Positions 62,656-64,000 of a stretch of 64,000 nt of DNA are shown piece by piece. The notes below the pieces were generated by a model. That model was not told the DNA's origin. It saw nothing but the letters and a program-made list of their open reading frames with translations, and searched no databases. Location: the NCBI GenBank assembly GCA_021779915.1, contig JAJXZR010000015.1, positions 4,521 to 68,520 of the forward strand, given 5' to 3'. The position numbers were made by a program, and so were the translations under genes. The number at the start of each line of letters is the position of its first letter. Position 1 is the first letter of the stretch. The stretch comes from a bacterium (GTDB taxonomy: Bacteria > Patescibacteriota > Minisyncoccia > CAIUEV01).

Positions 62656-62903
62656 AGATTTGGGTTATTCTTTTTATACAATGTTCTCCTATTTATTTTG
62701 AAAAATCAATTTAAATATTTGCATAGACTACTATTAAAAAATTACTAGACTCTGCCTCAAGTTCTTTTAACTCCAAGTTCCTAAACGTATCCACTAGCTG
62801 GAGCCAATACTAAAAACCCTCATTAAAAGAGGGTTTTTAGATTTCTTATGACGTGGACGTTAGAAATTCTTGGATAAATATAAGACAACTATCGCCATAA
62901 TGC

Positions 62904-63680
62904 TTACCTGCAGTTTCCTCCCGGCGCAAAAACATCATCTTCGCATAAGCAACCTTCCCCTGTTGTACCACCTAGATCTACCCATTTGCCTCCTGATTGA
63001 GAACATTTTTCTTTTCTAAAAGGAATTGAATCCCATTTCATTCCGGGAACACATTTAAAAGCAAACCGATCCATACAAGTTCCTTCTGGACAATCACAAA
63101 AGAATTTAGATTCATTAAGACAACGATTACTATCGGTATCATATAATCTAATTTCGTCTTTTTTGTCGCAATAAAACATGTTATATGCTTCGGCTTTGCA
63201 AAATTCCGGTATTGGCTTCCATATACCTCCTCCCGATTGCTCACATTTTGCTTCACTCTCACTTGCTTTACATTTATTCTCTTTATAATCGAAGAATCCA
63301 TTTTTAGCACAATAGCAACCTGTTTTCGGATTCCAAACACCGCCGATTTTTCTGCAAAAATCTCTCGCTGAGTAATCTTCTTTAACACATTTTCCTTCTT
63401 GATTAATACATTGACTTCCAGGGCACTGACAACTGTAAAAATAATCTCTTATTAGGCCTATGCATCCCTTTTTATCACAATTTTCTTGATGGTAAACTGT
63501 TTTCTTTTCAGTCTCGCAGAGATTACTTGAAGGAATTTGTCTCTTCTGGTCTTCCTCATAGGAAAGAGATTGCTTATGCTCAAACCATTGTCCCCCGCTT
63601 GATTTACAGCTGAGTTTTACTGTTTCAAGGCTGAAGCATAAATCATTAGGTAGACCAATCATACTCCCTACATTAATCAA
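62904..63680 (-). CDS. Secreted Cys-rich repeat protein; probably continues beyond 63680 to the window edge, possibly via a frameshift
   Basis: Repeated modules C..SGG(Q/K/I)W....C.C. Confidence 0.45.
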   Translation of the reverse strand: MINVGSMIGLPNDLCFSLETVKLSCKSSGGQWFEHKQSLSYEEDQKRQIPSSNLCETEKKTVYHQENCDKKGCIGLIRDYFYSCQCPGSQCINQEGKCVKEDYSARDFCRKIGGVWNPKTGCYCAKNGFFDYKENKCKASESEAKCEQSGGGIWKPIPEFCKAEAYNMFYCDKKDEIRLYDTDSNRCLNESKFFCDCPEGTCMDRFAFKCVPGMKWDSIPFRKEKCSQSGGKWVDLGGTTGEGCLCEDDVFAPGGNCR

Positions 63681-64000
63681 ACCTTTCTCGCAAGGGACTG
63701 CTTTCCCCGTTGGTGTTGGAGAAAGTGTAGGATAGCAAAATTCTCCCTTATCGGTGTATCCATCTGGGCAGATGCAGTTGCTGTATTGACCATGAGAATC
63801 ACTTTATTTGACTCGATTCCCACCGGATAATTTACAAGTATCTCTATCGCCTTGGTTCGTGTTGTAGCAAATTTTGGGAAAGAAACTTTTCTCATCCAAA
63901 GGCTTATTTATTTCTGAATCATCAGCACATTTACAGAAAGAATACCTATAATCAGACGTATCATTTATCCAATCTCCTCCTGAATTGATGCAGTTGGTGG

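Overview
This is a low-GC, gene-dense bacterial window. Its gene content suggests an uncultivated small-genome lineage (CPR/Patescibacteria-like). That taxonomic guess is inference only.

By eye the window reads as:
- A [NiFe]-hydrogenase large subunit (5' end cut by the window edge) plus a maturation protease.
- A three-gene restriction-modification module: a putative HNH-type endonuclease, a circularly permuted m5C methyltransferase and a gamma-class m6A methyltransferase. LexA lies next to it.
- A B12-binding radical SAM enzyme.
- Two ABC exporter operons: an ABC-2 type, and a MacAB-like tripartite pump.
- An EmrAB/MarR-like MFS efflux operon.
- Two two-component-system genes plus an orphan histidine kinase.
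- An NRAMP metal transporter.
- Three metallophosphoesterases.
- An ECF sigma/anti-sigma pair.
- A DEAD-box helicase, RecQ, CspA, a type IV pilin and tRNA-Asn(GTT).

The outstanding feature is a complete, canonically organised diversity-generating retroelement (DGR) at about 24.7-29.3 kb, all on the minus strand:
- The target gene encodes a secreted 734-aa protein with a C-terminal FISUMP-like C-type-lectin-fold domain. The variable repeat (VR) sits at its 3' end.
- An Avd-like accessory gene follows.
- A template repeat (TR) comes next. Every amino-acid-changing TR/VR difference falls on an adenine of an AAY (Asn) codon.
- A reverse transcriptase with the DGR-specific IGxxxSQ motif completes the cassette.

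The window is also saturated with several families of non-coding repeats:
- Nested palindromic MITE-like elements with the terminus GTGTCATCCCGGGCTTGACCCGGGATCCAGG, in 11 long copies of three subtypes plus solo hairpins.
- GAAAATTG tandem blocks.
- A GYWRCAAG octamer-array family that is concentrated around the DGR.
- An AATGACGAA inverted-repeat family.
- A TTTATAAAG inverted repeat inside the macAB operon.
- A conserved 30-nt core embedded in unrelated palindromic arms.

Several arrangements suggest repeat-mediated mobility or rearrangement. A 9.4-kb segment carrying the R-M genes is bracketed by about 350-bp direct repeats. The macB permease gene is flanked by inverted MITE copies.

All calls are from manual reading of the six-frame track and sequence motifs. 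No database search was possible. Repeat boundaries are approximate to within a few nucleotides.
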